Source: Patescibacteria group bacterium
GTDB taxonomy: Bacteria; Patescibacteriota; Microgenomatia; JAMCZE01
NCBI GenBank assembly: GCA_023485845.1
Contig: JAMCZE010000007.1
Span: forward strand, 11,391 to 75,390
DNA: 64,000 nucleotides
Direction of reading: 5' to 3'
Positions within the stretch are counted from its first letter, which is position 1, and each line of letters opens with the position of its first letter. The notes beneath the pieces are model-generated. The model saw only the letters and a program-made list of their open reading frames with translations. It was not told the DNA's origin and ran no database searches. The position numbers and the translations under genes are program-made. Below are positions 63,068-64,000 of this stretch, piece after piece.

Positions 63068-63740
63068 GGCCCTCCCATTCTAATTCCTCCTTTTGCATCA
63101 ACTCCTGAATCTGCTTGGCCACCAATTGCGGGTGGGGCACATTTTCAAATTCAAAGTTTTCTTCCTCCCCGGCCGTCTGAATTTCCACGTTGCCAAAATC
63201 AAACAATCCCGCCAGCGCTCCCACTTGGGTGGAGCTGACATCCTGGATCTTGGAAATTTGGCAGGAGCTGACTTTGCGCACCACCACCGAATACCAATCG
63301 GTGTCAATCACCCGCTCGTCGGTGACCATATAAACATTGAAATACCAATAAAGGAAATTCAAAAAGGCATAGGTGAAAGTGACGGCGTACCAAAAAAGAA
63401 TAAACACAAAACCGGTGCCCGCCCCCAGTCCAAGGCCGCCAAGGGCAGAAAACAGCGGCAGTAAAATTATCGGCAGAATTAAGGAAAATAGAGAAATAAT
63501 AATCCAGGGGACATTGGTCACAATGTGAGCTCGCAGCAGGAGAAGAATCTGTTCGCCCTCTTCCGCCTCGTTAAAACTGACTGCCGGCTGAACACTGAAA
63601 GCAGAAAATATCCCTGAGTTTGATTTTTGCATCAGCTCTGGATCAAGTTGTGATTTGGCTGGTGGTGGTGTCACCGACACCGGAGTGGGAGCCGGTGGTG
63701 GGGCAGTGGGCTGTTGATCGTCAACTTTAATCCTGGGCAT
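63054..63740 (-). CDS. bacterial PH-domain (bPH_2/YdbT-like) membrane protein
   Basis: Pro-rich N-terminus, two TM helices, then VYMVTDERVIDTDWYSVVVRKVSSCQISKIQDV, which is typical of bPH_2. Confidence 0.55.
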   Translation of the reverse strand: MPRIKVDDQQPTAPPPAPTPVSVTPPPAKSQLDPELMQKSNSGIFSAFSVQPAVSFNEAEEGEQILLLLRAHIVTNVPWIIISLFSLILPIILLPLFSALGGLGLGAGTGFVFILFWYAVTFTYAFLNFLYWYFNVYMVTDERVIDTDWYSVVVRKVSSCQISKIQDVSSTQVGALAGLFDFGNVEIQTAGEEENFEFENVPHPQLVAKQIQELMQKEELEWEGHGTQ

Positions 63741-64000
63741 AAGAGGATTATATCCTATCTTTTTTCCACATTAAACAGCGGGCCGACGATAGCGATGTTG
63801 GCCGGGGCACGGATATCGAAATAATTTTTAAACTCCGTCCCATCAAAAGAAATTCCGTTAATTTTAATCTCGGTCGTCCGCCCTGACCCAAAATCGACGC
63901 CACTTATCTCCACCGAGGTAGCCGCTGAAAGTGCTGCCGATCCAAGTTCCTGTCGGACTCTATCCGGGCTCCAATTATCAGTCTGCGGACAGTCCTTGTC

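Noticed and set aside
1-64000. Possible alternative genetic code with TGA recoded (code 25, as in some reduced-genome lineages)
   Set aside because: TGA, TAA and TAG all terminate well-conserved proteins at their expected C-termini (e.g. pth, trpS, gap, nrdR). GC content is ~50%. Gene lengths match orthologs under the standard code.
63757-64000. Partial minus-strand ORF running off the right edge of the window (…GISFDGTEFKNYFDIRAPANIAIVGPLFNV*)
   Set aside because: Only ~80 codons are visible, with no recognisable motif. It is too incomplete to call.

Overview
The window is a gene-dense bacterial fragment of roughly 50% GC. Its content is consistent with a reduced genome of the Candidate Phyla Radiation (Patescibacteria) type: ATP-dependent DNA ligase, class II (B12-dependent) ribonucleotide reductase, many short hypothetical genes and many toxin-antitoxin modules.

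Housekeeping genes make up most of the window. I recognise pth, ATP-dependent DNA ligase, an ABC exporter, nadK, recF, fpg, a GT4 glycosyltransferase, a 5'-3' exonuclease, ftsH, trpS, guaB-like IMPDH, a PduO-type cob(I)alamin adenosyltransferase, nrdJ with nrdR, and a glycolytic/pentose block (gap, pgk, a 2-hydroxyacid dehydrogenase, class II fba, a PfkB kinase, deoC). I also see a LOG-family protein, a VKOR-family protein, two tandem class A penicillin-binding proteins, a SpoU methyltransferase and two tRNAs.

The most notable system is a complete diversity-generating retroelement (DGR) at the left edge, coordinates 1-1921.
- It comprises a reverse transcriptase (partial, minus strand) and an Avd-like four-helix-bundle gene on the opposite strand that overlaps the template repeat (TR).
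- A roughly 100-nt TR (912-1010) pairs with a variable repeat (VR, 1226-1324) at the 3' end of a minus-strand target gene.
- All 18 TR/VR mismatches fall at adenines of the target coding strand.

Other accessory content:
- Two identical IS200-type insertion sequences, one of which interrupts the antitoxin gene of a Doc toxin module.
- A region with a large serine recombinase, an XRE regulator and a phage terminase small subunit (21.1-27.3 kb), which looks like an integrated element.
- Many type II toxin-antitoxin pairs (BrnT/BrnA, VapBC, HigBA, Doc), several of them flanking the two class A penicillin-binding protein genes.
- An orphan membrane-anchored VirD4/TraG-like ATPase.
- Several families of short tandem repeats inserted in-frame into conserved housekeeping genes.

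I found no CRISPR array and no rRNA gene.
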